Program-made: the position numbers and the translations under genes
Part shown: in pieces, positions 1 through 9,673 of the stretch
Layout: each line of letters opens with the position of its first letter
How positions within the stretch are numbered: the stretch's first letter is position 1
The notes under the pieces: model-generated
What the model saw: the letters and a program-made list of their open reading frames with translations, nothing else
Database searches by the model: none
What the model was told of the DNA's origin: nothing
Origin: an archaeon
GTDB lineage: Bacteria; Gemmatimonadota; Glassbacteria; GWA2-58-10
Length of the DNA: 64,000 bases
Direction of reading: 5' to 3'
NCBI GenBank assembly: GCA_035528795.1
Contig: DATKXY010000266.1
Span: forward strand, 1,683-65,682

Positions 1-1857
1 GGTCGAGAGAATCACCCCCATCCGGCCTACAGCCCAGCCTTTGCCTGTGCCCTCGACCAGGCACACGTCATTGAGCCGGTAACCCTCTATTTTGGGTATC
101 GGCTGGGTGGCGTAATATTCCTCGGCTTTTAGCCGGCCGAGTTGTTGTTCGAGATTTTCCAGGCGGTCAGAGGCAGACTGTGGCCGCTCTGTGCTGAGAT
201 TGCTTGTCAGTTTGTTCAGCTCTTTCAAAAGAGGCTGCGCTTTTTTCCCGGATCCGGATTTGAGTTTTTTTAACTCATGGGAGAGTTTATCTGCGCGCTG
301 CTCTAAAGTTTTCCGGATGTAAGGGTCATAGGCGAAGTCCATTCCGTCAAGCGCGCCGATATGCTCGGGGCTGTAATGATGCCCGCGCGTGGGGCACCAG
401 GCCGCAAGTTCCGCCTCTGTTCGTCCCTGGCCCTCCCGCTCGGTGACTGAGTTGCGGAATACATTGAGTCCCCAGCTTGTTCCACAGCCGGCTGGAATTT
501 CGAAAGACTCCAGGGGGATTGTCAGCTCTGCACCCCACCCCTGGCTGGTGTTGAAAAGGTCCGCAGTGGCGCCGGGGCTCCAGGTGCGGTCCGGGATCCC
601 GTCTGCATTGTAATGGATTCCTTGCACAGCGCCGGAGTTGTATAAAGAGATGAAATAGCAGCCCTGGTGGACTGCATCGCGTCCCGGCGCTCGGGGCTGA
701 AAGATCAGCCAGAACCCCTCTGTCGAGAGCAGGCCCAGGTCTTTGAACACGCCGTTTACCCCCTCCATCTGGGCGGCCATACCTGCATCACCGCTTTTTC
801 CAGCAGCGGCTGGAGTCGGCTTTACCCTGCCGCCCTCCGCTTTGAGGAGGAAGTAAATATGGGAGTCGTCCCGGACCACTTTAAAGGAAGCGGCAGCTTC
901 CTCGCCCACAGGCTCGGCCGTGTCATCGCGCAAAAGAAGGGCGATCTCGCTCGCTCCGGCAAAAACGGTCTCGTTCATCCGGCTGTCCTGCAACGGCCGT
1001 GATCCGGTCTCTTTTGTAGCTACTGACCTGCGCGTGCTGAACATGGTGGCTGCGTTGGGCTGAATGTCAGACATCAGCTCGGGGCGGTCCCAATAATAGG
1101 TGACCCAGGCCGGACGTCTGACATTTGTTCCCTGGGTCAGCTGGATTCCGAACGGAGCGGAAGCGAGCCGCTCCTCATGCTGGTGAAACCGGAGCATCCA
1201 GTTCCAGCCCGAATTGTAATAAAGGTCGAGCCCGCTGAACGGTATTACCATCTCGACAGTCCAGCCGCCTGATAAGAGGGCAGTCGCAGCCTGGGTGTGT
1301 GAATCCCATGAAGTGAAAAAGTATCCCTCCTGATAAGGATCCCAATAAGCATCCCAGACAGTGCCGAGAGGATTGACAGCCACGCTGTAGTAATATCCGA
1401 GTCCGGCCTGGATGCTGTCAGGTAATATGGGGTACAGGTTTAGCTGGACATAGCTCTCCCCGGTAAAGGCTGAATCCGGCAGAGTGACCGCAGCCTTAGG
1501 AGGTCGGTGCGTTTCGATTTTCCAGAAGAGATAAATATTTTCTTTGTCATAGTTCACCAGGACAGAGCAATCCCTTCTGGCGCTGCTTTCAGTTTCCAGA
1601 AAAGGTGAAACCTTTTGCGCTGACTCCCAGAGCGCTTCCTCCGGTTTGCCGTCCAGAGTCGGCTGCTCGAATTTTTGAGCTCTGACCTCACCCGCAGGCA
1701 GGGCCAGCTTTTCCCCGGTTTCTGAAAGGCTTGAGACAAGCCGGTTGCCTGATATAACCTTCTCACCGCCGGCTAGATGCTTTTCGGCAAAAAGGCATGG
1801 GAAAGAGAGAAACAGCAGAATGAATAATATTTCAAGAGGAATTAATTTGAATTTCAT
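1..1857 (-). CDS. Secreted protein with two CBM9/DOMON-like domains, followed by the start of a YCF48/BNR-like propeller (3' end outside window)
   Basis: Not in the ORF track because it runs off the edge. ATG at 1857 after GGAG. Translation: MKFKLIPLEILFILLFLSF signal peptide; PTLDGKPEEALW..YDKENIY..VNPLGT..GWTVEMVIPF; a second GWGAELTIPL..WGLNVFR; ends in GWAVGRMGVILST. Confidence 0.7.
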   Translation of the reverse strand, partial: MKFKLIPLEILFILLFLSFPCLFAEKHLAGGEKVISGNRLVSSLSETGEKLALPAGEVRAQKFEQPTLDGKPEEALWESAQKVSPFLETESSARRDCSVLVNYDKENIYLFWKIETHRPPKAAVTLPDSAFTGESYVQLNLYPILPDSIQAGLGYYYSVAVNPLGTVWDAYWDPYQEGYFFTSWDSHTQAATALLSGGWTVEMVIPFSGLDLYYNSGWNWMLRFHQHEERLASAPFGIQLTQGTNVRRPAWVTYYWDRPELMSDIQPNAATMFSTRRSVATKETGSRPLQDSRMNETVFAGASEIALLLRDDTAEPVGEEAAASFKVVRDDSHIYFLLKAEGGRVKPTPAAAGKSGDAGMAAQMEGVNGVFKDLGLLSTEGFWLIFQPRAPGRDAVHQGCYFISLYNSGAVQGIHYNADGIPDRTWSPGATADLFNTSQGWGAELTIPLESFEIPAGCGTSWGLNVFRNSVTEREGQGRTEAELAAWCPTRGHHYSPEHIGALDGMDFAYDPYIRKTLEQRADKLSHELKKLKSGSGKKAQPLLKELNKLTSNLSTERPQSASDRLENLEQQLGRLKAEEYYATQPIPKIEGYRLNDVCLVEGTGKGWAVGRMGVILST

Positions 1858-2130
1858 TTCAAACACTCCCGGTTGAAATTATTAGGAGGATGAGAGAAAA
1901 TCGAGATGTTTACAAATATTAGAGGACAGTGAGAGTGGCTGATTTTCTTTCCAGCTCCCACAATCAATAAACTACAATCTGAATGCCAGGTATCCCGGTT
2001 GTCAATGGTCAAATCAGGCGTTTTTCATCTTTCATTGTTCAATCGGTTTGGGTTTTATACCAAGTTGCGTTCATATAGATACTTTATATTCTGCGCCTAA
2101 GTTGGCAAAGCCGGTACCAAAAATAAAATA

Positions 2131-2271
2131 AGAAGTCAGAAATCAGAATACAGAAGTCAGAAGCTCCACTCCCGCCCAAAAACATCAAACCCTGAGTTTA
2201 TGAATGACCAAGGTGGCTGTAATCCGGGCAGGGGAGGGATTCTGACTCCTGACTCCTGTCTTCTGACTCCT
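2131..2271. repeat. Inverted pair of heptamer-like tracts (AGAAGTC/AGAATAC units, then TCTGACT/CCTGACT units)
   Basis: agaagtcagaaatcagaatacagaagtcagaag (2131-2163) and ttctgactcctgactcctgtcttctgactcct (~2239-2271) are mutually complementary. Confidence 0.7.
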
Positions 2272-2410
2272 TGACAGTTATAAAATGAAATCAATATTCG
2301 ACAGGCAAGACCTGATTAATAAATATCATTTTATTTGCAACTCAGTATTAGTTGATAATCTGGATTTAAAGTTCGCTCAGATATGGAGGCTGGGAACAGG
2401 AAAGAGAGAG

Positions 2411-2663
2411 AAAGTCACAGGAGAGTCGCCGGTGAGAGGCTGTATGCGGCATTACTCTTCTGTGCCTTGTTGTGAGAGTTCCAACAAATCACTCGAAAGG
2501 AAAAGAGGCAGGCAAACCATAAGAAATCCTTTGCTTCTGCGCCTGCCGATTTCAAGAGCCGATCTTTCTCAGCCGCTTTCTTATGGACAAGCGGAGGCAT
2601 CCGACAGGAGATCCATAAGAAAACGCGGCGGATCGGCAGACGAAAAACCACTCTCTGGACTTT
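2411..2663. ncRNA. Candidate structured RNA or structured 3' UTR directly after the fliW stop
   Basis: Outer stem aaagtc-cag-agagt / actct-ctg-gacttt. Internal hairpins gccgatc..gccgc-tttcttatgga / tccataagaaa-gcggc..gatcggc, ggcaggc/gcctgcc and ttgttg/caacaa. Confidence 0.4.
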
Positions 2664-3175
2664 CAGGTTAGTACTAAAGAGTTTCCGGCTCCGACTTCTA
2701 TCGGTTTGTTTCTCGGAATAAAGACTCCCTGGGTCACATTACTCGATTCTTTTTTGACCATGATCATATGACGTGTGGTGTAGTTACCATCCACCAGCAC
2801 AAGCTGCTTGCCCAGTCGGTTTTTGGTGTTAATCACCAGCGGGCCCTGCAGGTTAGCGGTCATCCGGAACGGATTGTGGCTGATAGAGATGATCGAACAA
2901 GTAATGAGATCCGCTTGATCGTTAATGTTCAGGATCGAGAGCTCCTCTTTGCGCACCGAGACTTTGTAGTCCGGGAAGAAAATCAGAGGATCGCAGATGA
3001 CAAAGGCGATCTTGGGATCATCCATCGAGTGGAGCCAGAAGAAGGGCATGTTTTGCTCTTTATTGTAAATGAAGAACCTTTTGCAGGCGGCAAAGCCCAC
3101 CAGCCCTTCCGGAAAAGTAAGAATATCTTTTTTCTTGACCTCGATAGTTCCGAAACGTGTAGAGTTGACTTTCAA
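2663..3175 (-). CDS. fliW: Flagellar assembly factor FliW (CsrA antagonist)
   Basis: TRFGTIEV..ILTFPEGLVGF..PFFWLHS..DPLIFFPDY..TANLQGPLVIN..GKQLVL motifs; flagellar context. Confidence 0.95.
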   Translation of the reverse strand: MKVNSTRFGTIEVKKKDILTFPEGLVGFAACKRFFIYNKEQNMPFFWLHSMDDPKIAFVICDPLIFFPDYKVSVRKEELSILNINDQADLITCSIISISHNPFRMTANLQGPLVINTKNRLGKQLVLVDGNYTTRHMIMVKKESSNVTQGVFIPRNKPIEVGAGNSLVLT

Positions 3176-3238
3176 TGTATCCTCCGGTTAGAGTGGAAAA
3201 TAAATATTATATTTTCTAATGCATTAAAATTAAACAAC

Positions 3239-6200
3239 TTAGAGAAAATCGAGCAATGAAGGGAGAATAATTCTGCTCGCTGCGCCCAGGGCGGCGTTAA
3301 AGGCGTTTTCCTGGGCGGCCAGCTCGCTTACCGCCTCAACTACATCGAGATCCTCAATCCCGCTTAAGATTTCAGTATTGCGTAAATTGGTACTCACTCC
3401 ACGGTCATTTGTGGTGGTGAGCTGATTTGTGTAGGCGCCTATTTTCGTGCGCTGGTTCAAAATCCGATTGAGAGCCTCGGAAAATTTATCGAGGGTCAGG
3501 GAAATATCCTGCTGATTGTTGTTATGCAAGGCTTCGCGCAGGAATATCAGGTTGCCGACGACATCTGCCGAACCGGTGAGTCCCAGATTGTCGGCGGTTT
3601 CATCGAAGATTGTTGTGCCGTCGGAATGTACTTTGTTTGACCCGTCGGGATTTTGCAGCGCGATTTTGTTGACCATCATGGTGGTACCGCTGGTCCGACT
3701 GCGCAGAGAGATGCCGGTGCCTGAAGAATTGATCGAGGCGACCACCTCTGCGCTCGAGGCATTGATCAGGGTCAGCATGTCCCCGATTGTTTTGGCATTG
3801 CTCAGATCAATTACCTCATCCTTGTCACCATTTGAAATTTTAATCTTGCCCGGGGTAAACGTGCCGCCGTTGAGCAGTCTCAATTCGGTATTATAGGAAA
3901 TGATCGGATCCAGCGCGCTCCCCTGAATACTGTTGCTGCCTACAGTACTTACCCCCTGGATTCCCAGGTCGCTGGCCGTTGTGCCTCCAGCTAAATCCTC
4001 GACCTTGATCAATCCTCTTTGGGTGACTATTTCTATCTGGCGCCTGCTGCCGTCTCCAAGCAGAAGGTTGATTGTTTTGTTTTCGGTATCCACGGACTCG
4101 ATTATGCCTGCTATCTGCTCGTCTCCAGATTCAGGGTCAGAGACCAGATCGACAGTCCGGGCCTGGAATTCTCCCGTGGGCAAAATATTCCCATTGAGAT
4201 AAATCGACTGCCCGATAAAGAGGTTGTCCACCGGCTGTTGACTCAAAACACGGTACAGGGTGCCATTCTCAGTGCGGAGAGAGATCTCGCCTTTTTCTTT
4301 GTCCACGCTCTCGATATCGCCGATAATGGAGATCTCTGTATCCAATGGTTTACTGACCAGATCGAGGTTCCGGGCGATATATTTACCGCTCCCGGTCTGG
4401 AAAGTATTGATTGCCACTGCGTCCCCGACCGAAATGTCGTTAAAAGCCGCGGTCAGGCTGCCAGTGCTGGTCACCTTGTTGATAATCGTGTTCTGGATTG
4501 ACAGATCGGTTATGGTAATACTTTTCTGGTCAGGGGAAAGGGAGGCCACCACGTTGACAAGCCCCTTTCCTTGGGCCCCGGCCTCGTTGATACGGTTAAT
4601 CACGCCTTGAACCGTGTTTACCCCATTGATATTGATAGTGATAGCGCTGCCCATCATATCGGTTATCCTGATCAATCCGGGAGCCACGCCCTGTCCTCCA
4701 TTTAAATCGCCGAGCCTGGTTTCTCCAGTCAAAGCCGGCATGAGATTACTGTGCGTGCCGAGCGGTGTGACCGGATCGACCGGCGTATCCCGCTGGCCTT
4801 CAATACCCAGGAGAGAGGCCGTATAACTTCGGGGCTCATTGGTGATTCTCAATGTGCGCCCGCCCACCAGGCTGACTATAGAAATCCCGGTTCCCAAGTC
4901 GTTAATCTCGGCTTTGATATCCAGCCCGGATTCATTGATTGTCTGGATAATGCCGCCGATCGTTGAGGCTTTCGAAAGATCGATCACCCCTGTTTCCGGC
5001 CCGTTTTCCACCCGGATAGTTTTAAGATCGAACCCCTGGCCGCGGTTAAGCAGCACAACCGGAGTATCATAGCTTAATATTGGATCGAGTGTTTCTCCAG
5101 TAAAGATTCTGCCCTCCGCGCCTGTTTCTGTGGTCAGAATTCCCAGGTCTCTGGCAGTGTGCGTATTTTCTCCGTATTCGGTGATCTTTATGTTGCCCTT
5201 GGCGGATAGCGGGCTTTCATCGACTATCATAATCCCGTTGCCGCCAGTGTTGATATAGGCATGGAGGTTGGTCCCCGCCGCATTGATCAGCTCGCGCACA
5301 TCGACCAGAGTTTGCGCACCGGAAATATCGACAACTGCGCTGTTGCCTGATCTGTCGGTTATCTGAAACTTTCCCAGTTCCACTCCGCTTCCCCGGTTCA
5401 GGTCCTGGAGGCGGGTTGTCAGTTTAAGAAGCGATAGGTTGCGTCCGGTGATCGAGCCGCTGCCTGTTCTGTCCTCTCCCAGAATCCCGAGCTGGCGGGC
5501 CACCCGGCCGTTGCTCAGTTCTTTGACAGTCAGTTTCTGATCCGGGAGGCGGTCTGCGTTGGGAGTCAGGTCCTCGATAATAAAAGCCTCGCGCTCTTCA
5601 TCCAGACGGGCGCTGATTTTCAGTCTCGCCCCTTGGGTGTCCAGGGCGCTGTTCAGCCGAAAGACCACTTCCCCCAGGTTTTCAATACCTGTCAGATCAA
5701 TATTAGCAGTTTTACCCCCAGCGGTCGTGATCTGAATAAAACCGTCATCGACTCCGGTTCCCAGGTTGCACTCGGTCAGCTTGCGTTGGGCCAGCGGAAT
5801 AGATCTTTCCGCATAAGGGTGAAGGTTGGCATGTCCCCCAAGCTCGTCCACTGCGGTCGGCAGAAGCAGGGAACCAGGCACACTGGTGTTGAGCAAAGAG
5901 CCGCTTTCAATTTCGATGTTCGTTATTCCCGAATCGCCGGTATATTTGAGCCCGTTAGCGCTCTCTAAGAAAGGCGTCTGGAGAGTTTCGAAACCGCCGA
6001 AAATGTAACGGTTTCCGATACGGGTGTTTAACAGATCTACGAACTGGCTGATCAGGGCGTTGACCTCCTGCGCCACGGCCTCGCGTGTACGGTAATCAGC
6101 GGTCACATTGGCCTGGTTTATCGCCAGCTCCTGGGCCCGCATCAAAAGACTGCTCATGTCATCAAACACTGTATCGGTCTGGTTAAGTTGCGTTTCGCCG

Positions 6201-6409
6201 CTATCCATGTTGCGCAGAAACTGCTGGGTCTCTGAAAGCCTGGTCCGCAAGCGGATCGCCGTGGCAGTCCCGATAGGATCATCAGAGGGCCTGGTCAGGC
6301 GTTTCCCGCTGGAAAGCTTGGACTGGATTTTCAACAAACTGTACAGGTTGCGGTTCAGATTCTGTATAACCACATTGTTTATAATATTTTGTGTCACCCT
6401 GAAAGGCAT
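3239..6409 (-). CDS. flgL: Flagellar hook-associated protein 3 with a large central insertion
   Basis: Flagellin-like N-terminus (QSKLSSGKRLTRPSDDP, RYIFGG) and C-terminus (IEDLDVVEAVSEL..PSLLDFL); 1056 aa with internal repeats. Confidence 0.92.
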   Translation of the reverse strand: MPFRVTQNIINNVVIQNLNRNLYSLLKIQSKLSSGKRLTRPSDDPIGTATAIRLRTRLSETQQFLRNMDSGETQLNQTDTVFDDMSSLLMRAQELAINQANVTADYRTREAVAQEVNALISQFVDLLNTRIGNRYIFGGFETLQTPFLESANGLKYTGDSGITNIEIESGSLLNTSVPGSLLLPTAVDELGGHANLHPYAERSIPLAQRKLTECNLGTGVDDGFIQITTAGGKTANIDLTGIENLGEVVFRLNSALDTQGARLKISARLDEEREAFIIEDLTPNADRLPDQKLTVKELSNGRVARQLGILGEDRTGSGSITGRNLSLLKLTTRLQDLNRGSGVELGKFQITDRSGNSAVVDISGAQTLVDVRELINAAGTNLHAYINTGGNGIMIVDESPLSAKGNIKITEYGENTHTARDLGILTTETGAEGRIFTGETLDPILSYDTPVVLLNRGQGFDLKTIRVENGPETGVIDLSKASTIGGIIQTINESGLDIKAEINDLGTGISIVSLVGGRTLRITNEPRSYTASLLGIEGQRDTPVDPVTPLGTHSNLMPALTGETRLGDLNGGQGVAPGLIRITDMMGSAITININGVNTVQGVINRINEAGAQGKGLVNVVASLSPDQKSITITDLSIQNTIINKVTSTGSLTAAFNDISVGDAVAINTFQTGSGKYIARNLDLVSKPLDTEISIIGDIESVDKEKGEISLRTENGTLYRVLSQQPVDNLFIGQSIYLNGNILPTGEFQARTVDLVSDPESGDEQIAGIIESVDTENKTINLLLGDGSRRQIEIVTQRGLIKVEDLAGGTTASDLGIQGVSTVGSNSIQGSALDPIISYNTELRLLNGGTFTPGKIKISNGDKDEVIDLSNAKTIGDMLTLINASSAEVVASINSSGTGISLRSRTSGTTMMVNKIALQNPDGSNKVHSDGTTIFDETADNLGLTGSADVVGNLIFLREALHNNNQQDISLTLDKFSEALNRILNQRTKIGAYTNQLTTTNDRGVSTNLRNTEILSGIEDLDVVEAVSELAAQENAFNAALGAASRIILPSLLDFL

Positions 6410-6437
6410 GGAGGCTTATCCTCGAATTGGTTAAAGC

Positions 6438-6707
6438 TCATTTATTGTTTGCCGAATGCTGAGTCTCTTTGCCTCCGGCAGGAGTGTTGATCAGTTGGGC
6501 CAGTCTGCTCAAATCCTTCTCGGAGGTCATGCAGGCCCTCACATTTTCTTGATGAATTTTTTCGTATATCTCTTGACGGTGAATCGTGACATCCTTTGGC
6601 GCACTGACCCCGATTTTCACCTGTTTACCTTGAACCTCGAGCAAGGTCATCTTGATCTGATCACCGATGGCGATACTCTCTCCCAACTTCCTTGTTAGGA
6701 TAAGCAT
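6438..6707 (-). CDS. csrA: Carbon storage regulator CsrA
   Basis: [35 protein letters not shown], plus the C-terminal helical extension typical of FliW-regulated CsrA. Confidence 0.97.
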   Translation of the reverse strand: MLILTRKLGESIAIGDQIKMTLLEVQGKQVKIGVSAPKDVTIHRQEIYEKIHQENVRACMTSEKDLSRLAQLINTPAGGKETQHSANNK

Positions 6708-6723
6708 ATATCATCCCTGATAT
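6708..6723 (-). promoter_or_regulatory. CsrA-type binding hairpin covering the csrA ribosome-binding site
   Basis: Minus strand ATATC-AGGGAT-GATAT immediately before the csrA ATG: an ANGGAN loop on a perfect stem. Confidence 0.7.
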
Positions 6724-6809
6724 GAGAGAACTGCCTTTGTCGTTTTCCGTTAAGAAAGGAGGTTTTCCCTTGATCTTAAATCCTCTGTAAGCTTGCTGAA
6801 CTTTAAGGC

Positions 6810-8207
6810 TTAGTATCTGCCTAACTGGATTATTATGTCCATCATCTCGCTTACTGTGGTGAGCACCCGTGCATTGGCTCCAAACGCTTTCTGGAAACGG
6901 ATCAAATTGATCAGTTCCTCGTCCATGTTTACGCCGGATATGGTTTCCCGGAAATTGTTAAAATGCTCGACCAGTATTTGCTGGTTTGCGAGCTTTTCCT
7001 GGACGCTTACAGTCTCCAGGCCGAAAGTGCTGATCAACCCCCCGTAATAGTCCTCGAAAGTGAAGCTCTCGTTGTTCAGGACCTTTTTGCCGCGGAGCTG
7101 GGCCAGCTCCAGGGCATTGGTGTTGTCGCCCGGGGCGCCGGTCTTCGAGGCCGCGATATTGTTGGGGTCGTTCTCGATTTGGCTGCTTAATTTCATGGTT
7201 CTGGCATCCGTACCCTTAAAGAAATCTATTTTAGTGGGCTGGGTGGACCTGATGCCCAGGAGCCCGTAACCCTGACGGTGGACTTCGTTCACCTCATTTA
7301 TTATCCCGGAAGCCAGCTCATCGATCTGCTGCTGGAGCTTGGGGATTATACTGTCGCGGATTTCCAAAAGTCCGTGAAGTTCCCCGGCGGATATTTTGAT
7401 CGGATTATTATCAATCGGGTTGATAACCCGGATCACCTCTTTGCCGTCCTGATTTGTCGACTCGGCTCGAAGAAGGTTGACTTTGTCGATAACCACAAAA
7501 CTTTGGCCTGAAAGGGATACGGTCGTAGAGCCATTGGCCGGGTCCTCGTAGGCTGACATATCCACTAATTTTGAAAGACTGTCCAGGAGCCTGTCGCGGT
7601 TGTCCCGCAGATCATTGGCCTTCGCCCCGAGCGCCTCGGTTGTTGAAATCTGGAGATTGAGCGATCCCACCTGCTCGAGGATTCCGTTAATCTCTGAAAC
7701 CTTGTCATAAATCTCGGCGTTTTTGTTTTCGCTGATATTATCCAGCTGGTTCCAGACCTGGTTGAACATTATGGCCAGGGTACGTCCCTGTTCCCTGACC
7801 GTTGTGCGGACCGAGCTGCTCTCAGGATTGGTGGCCAGATCCTGCAGGCTGTTGAAAAAGTTTTTGATTGAGTTATGCAAGCCGGTGTCTGATGGCTCGT
7901 TGATTATTCCCTCGATCAGATCCATGGATTCGGCCTTTTTCTCCATGTATCCCAGCAGCTTGTTTTCATTACGGTACTGCGTGTCGACAAACTGATCCCG
8001 GGTGCGGACCACATCTAACAGATTGACTCCCGTGCCGAAAACATGGCCGCCGAGCAAGATCGGTTTATTGGCCTCGAACACCGCACGCTGACGGCTGTAG
8101 CCCTCTGTGTTCACATTGGCGATGTTCTGACCGGTGACATTCAGGCCCATCTGGTTTGCCATCAGTCCGCTCAGACCGACATTTATGGCGTTGTTAAGAG
8201 TAGGCAT
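6810..8207 (-). CDS. flgK: Flagellar hook-associated protein 1
   Basis: GLSGLMANQMGLNVTGQNIANVNTEGYSRQR; SGVNMDEELINLIRFQKAFGANAR. Confidence 0.97.
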   Translation of the reverse strand: MPTLNNAINVGLSGLMANQMGLNVTGQNIANVNTEGYSRQRAVFEANKPILLGGHVFGTGVNLLDVVRTRDQFVDTQYRNENKLLGYMEKKAESMDLIEGIINEPSDTGLHNSIKNFFNSLQDLATNPESSSVRTTVREQGRTLAIMFNQVWNQLDNISENKNAEIYDKVSEINGILEQVGSLNLQISTTEALGAKANDLRDNRDRLLDSLSKLVDMSAYEDPANGSTTVSLSGQSFVVIDKVNLLRAESTNQDGKEVIRVINPIDNNPIKISAGELHGLLEIRDSIIPKLQQQIDELASGIINEVNEVHRQGYGLLGIRSTQPTKIDFFKGTDARTMKLSSQIENDPNNIAASKTGAPGDNTNALELAQLRGKKVLNNESFTFEDYYGGLISTFGLETVSVQEKLANQQILVEHFNNFRETISGVNMDEELINLIRFQKAFGANARVLTTVSEMMDIIIQLGRY

Positions 8208-8258
8208 CTCTCTTCTTTAGCTATTGAATGTGATAATTACAAACACACCTCTGTGCGT

Positions 8259-8774
8259 TTACACCTTCTGATCCAGTACCTTGTGAAGGTTTGTCTTCTT
8301 GCTTTTTTTGCCGCTTTTCTCATAAAGGTTGCGGTTTAACCGGGCAAGATCCAAGAGCAGTTTCAACTGCTCGTTTACCAGTTCCCGGGATTTGTTGATC
8401 AGAAACTCGTTTTGTTTTTTCATCTGGATCACTTTGCCGCTTTCCGCCTTCAGGCGCTCGGCGAGTTCGCTGAATCGCTTCTGCCAGGGATCTTCCAGGA
8501 GGCCGGTGAGTTCCCGCAGGCTTATTTCTTGCCTGAGGCCGGTCATCTGGCTCAGCAGCGCTTTCCTCTCCTCCTCTCTGCTGAGATTTTCTCTTGCCAG
8601 GCGCTTTTGTTCTTGCACTGTGGAGATAAAATCCTCGAAATTCCAGCTTATAAGCGCCGCTTGCTGGCTGCGCAAACACTGGTAGAGCCTTTCCAAGCCT
8701 TGGGCCAGGCCTAAAAGGAGCTCGTAAAGTTTTTCTATTTCAGCTTTCCGGATTTCCATTTTCGGCATTTTCAA
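8259..8774 (-). CDS. flgN: Flagellar export chaperone FlgN
   Basis: Helical ~170-aa protein directly upstream of flgK; N..LI..S pattern and C-terminal Y..SGK..LDQKV. Confidence 0.8.
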   Translation of the reverse strand: MKMPKMEIRKAEIEKLYELLLGLAQGLERLYQCLRSQQAALISWNFEDFISTVQEQKRLARENLSREEERKALLSQMTGLRQEISLRELTGLLEDPWQKRFSELAERLKAESGKVIQMKKQNEFLINKSRELVNEQLKLLLDLARLNRNLYEKSGKKSKKTNLHKVLDQKV

Positions 8775-9652
8775 ATGTCTTCCTTCTTTTGTGAGAAATG
8801 ACTGAAAAGGCCTTTCAGGGCCGTAACCTTTTCCACATAGCCCTGCGTTTCAGGGTAAGGGGGCACGCCATTGTAGCGCTGGACCGCAGTAGGGCCTGCA
8901 TTGTAAGCCGCCAGGGCCAGTATCTCATCCCCTTCGAATTGATCCAGCAGATTTCTCAAGTACCGCGTTCCCCCCTCGATATTCTGTTCGGGATCAAAAA
9001 CATCGCCTATTCCGAGCGAGTCTGCTGTCTGGGGCATCAGCTGCATAAGCCCTTGGGCCCCGGCCCGGCTTACCGCCCTTGGATTGCCGCCTGATTCCTG
9101 CATGACCACTGCGGCTACCAGCGCAGGGTCAAGACTGTATCTTGCAGAGTTTTTCTCGATCAATTCCTTGAAGGATGAGAGACCCCTGTCGGATTCCCCG
9201 CTGTTCTCGATTTCTGCGGGCTTGTCTGAACCGGTCTCGCTGTTACCTTTCGGGCTTACAGGACCAAAGACCTTCTTTATGGGATTAAATTCGGCCTCGG
9301 CGGGCGGCACCTCCCTGTGCCGATCCAAGTCTTTGGAAAGCTGTCTATAGATCATACCTGCCAGGCCGATTGAGTTCTCCTCGCTGATTTTCTCTGCCAG
9401 CTTCTGGTTGAACAAATCCCGCCACGTTTCCATCCCGGGAGAGTCGCCGGTTATGCCTTCTTTGGGCACTGTCTTCTGCATCGTGTCCATGAGCTGCTTG
9501 ATAAAAATGGACTCGAGCTCCCGGCTCACCTTGCGCAGGTTCTCATCCTCGGTTTCCCGGTTTGTATAGTTCTTGAGCTGGCGCAGTCTTGTCTCAAGAG
9601 CCTTACTTTCCAGGCGCAGGGGATCATTCCCTGGTAAATTGATTAGGTCCAT
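8771..9652 (-). CDS. flgJ: FlgJ-type rod-binding domain fused to an SLT lytic transglycosylase
   Basis: LRKVSRELESIFIKQLMDTMQKTV..IGLAGMIYRQL; then QESGGNPRAVSRAGAQGLMQLMP, ALAAYNAG, PPYPETQGYV. Confidence 0.85.
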   Translation of the reverse strand: MDLINLPGNDPLRLESKALETRLRQLKNYTNRETEDENLRKVSRELESIFIKQLMDTMQKTVPKEGITGDSPGMETWRDLFNQKLAEKISEENSIGLAGMIYRQLSKDLDRHREVPPAEAEFNPIKKVFGPVSPKGNSETGSDKPAEIENSGESDRGLSSFKELIEKNSARYSLDPALVAAVVMQESGGNPRAVSRAGAQGLMQLMPQTADSLGIGDVFDPEQNIEGGTRYLRNLLDQFEGDEILALAAYNAGPTAVQRYNGVPPYPETQGYVEKVTALKGLFSHFSQKKEDI

Positions 9653-9673
9653 AACTCTTCTCTAGCGGGCTTG

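Noticed and set aside
2285-2671. 128-aa and 78-aa ORFs downstream of fliW
   Set aside because: No motifs or clear RBS; the region is better explained by RNA structure.
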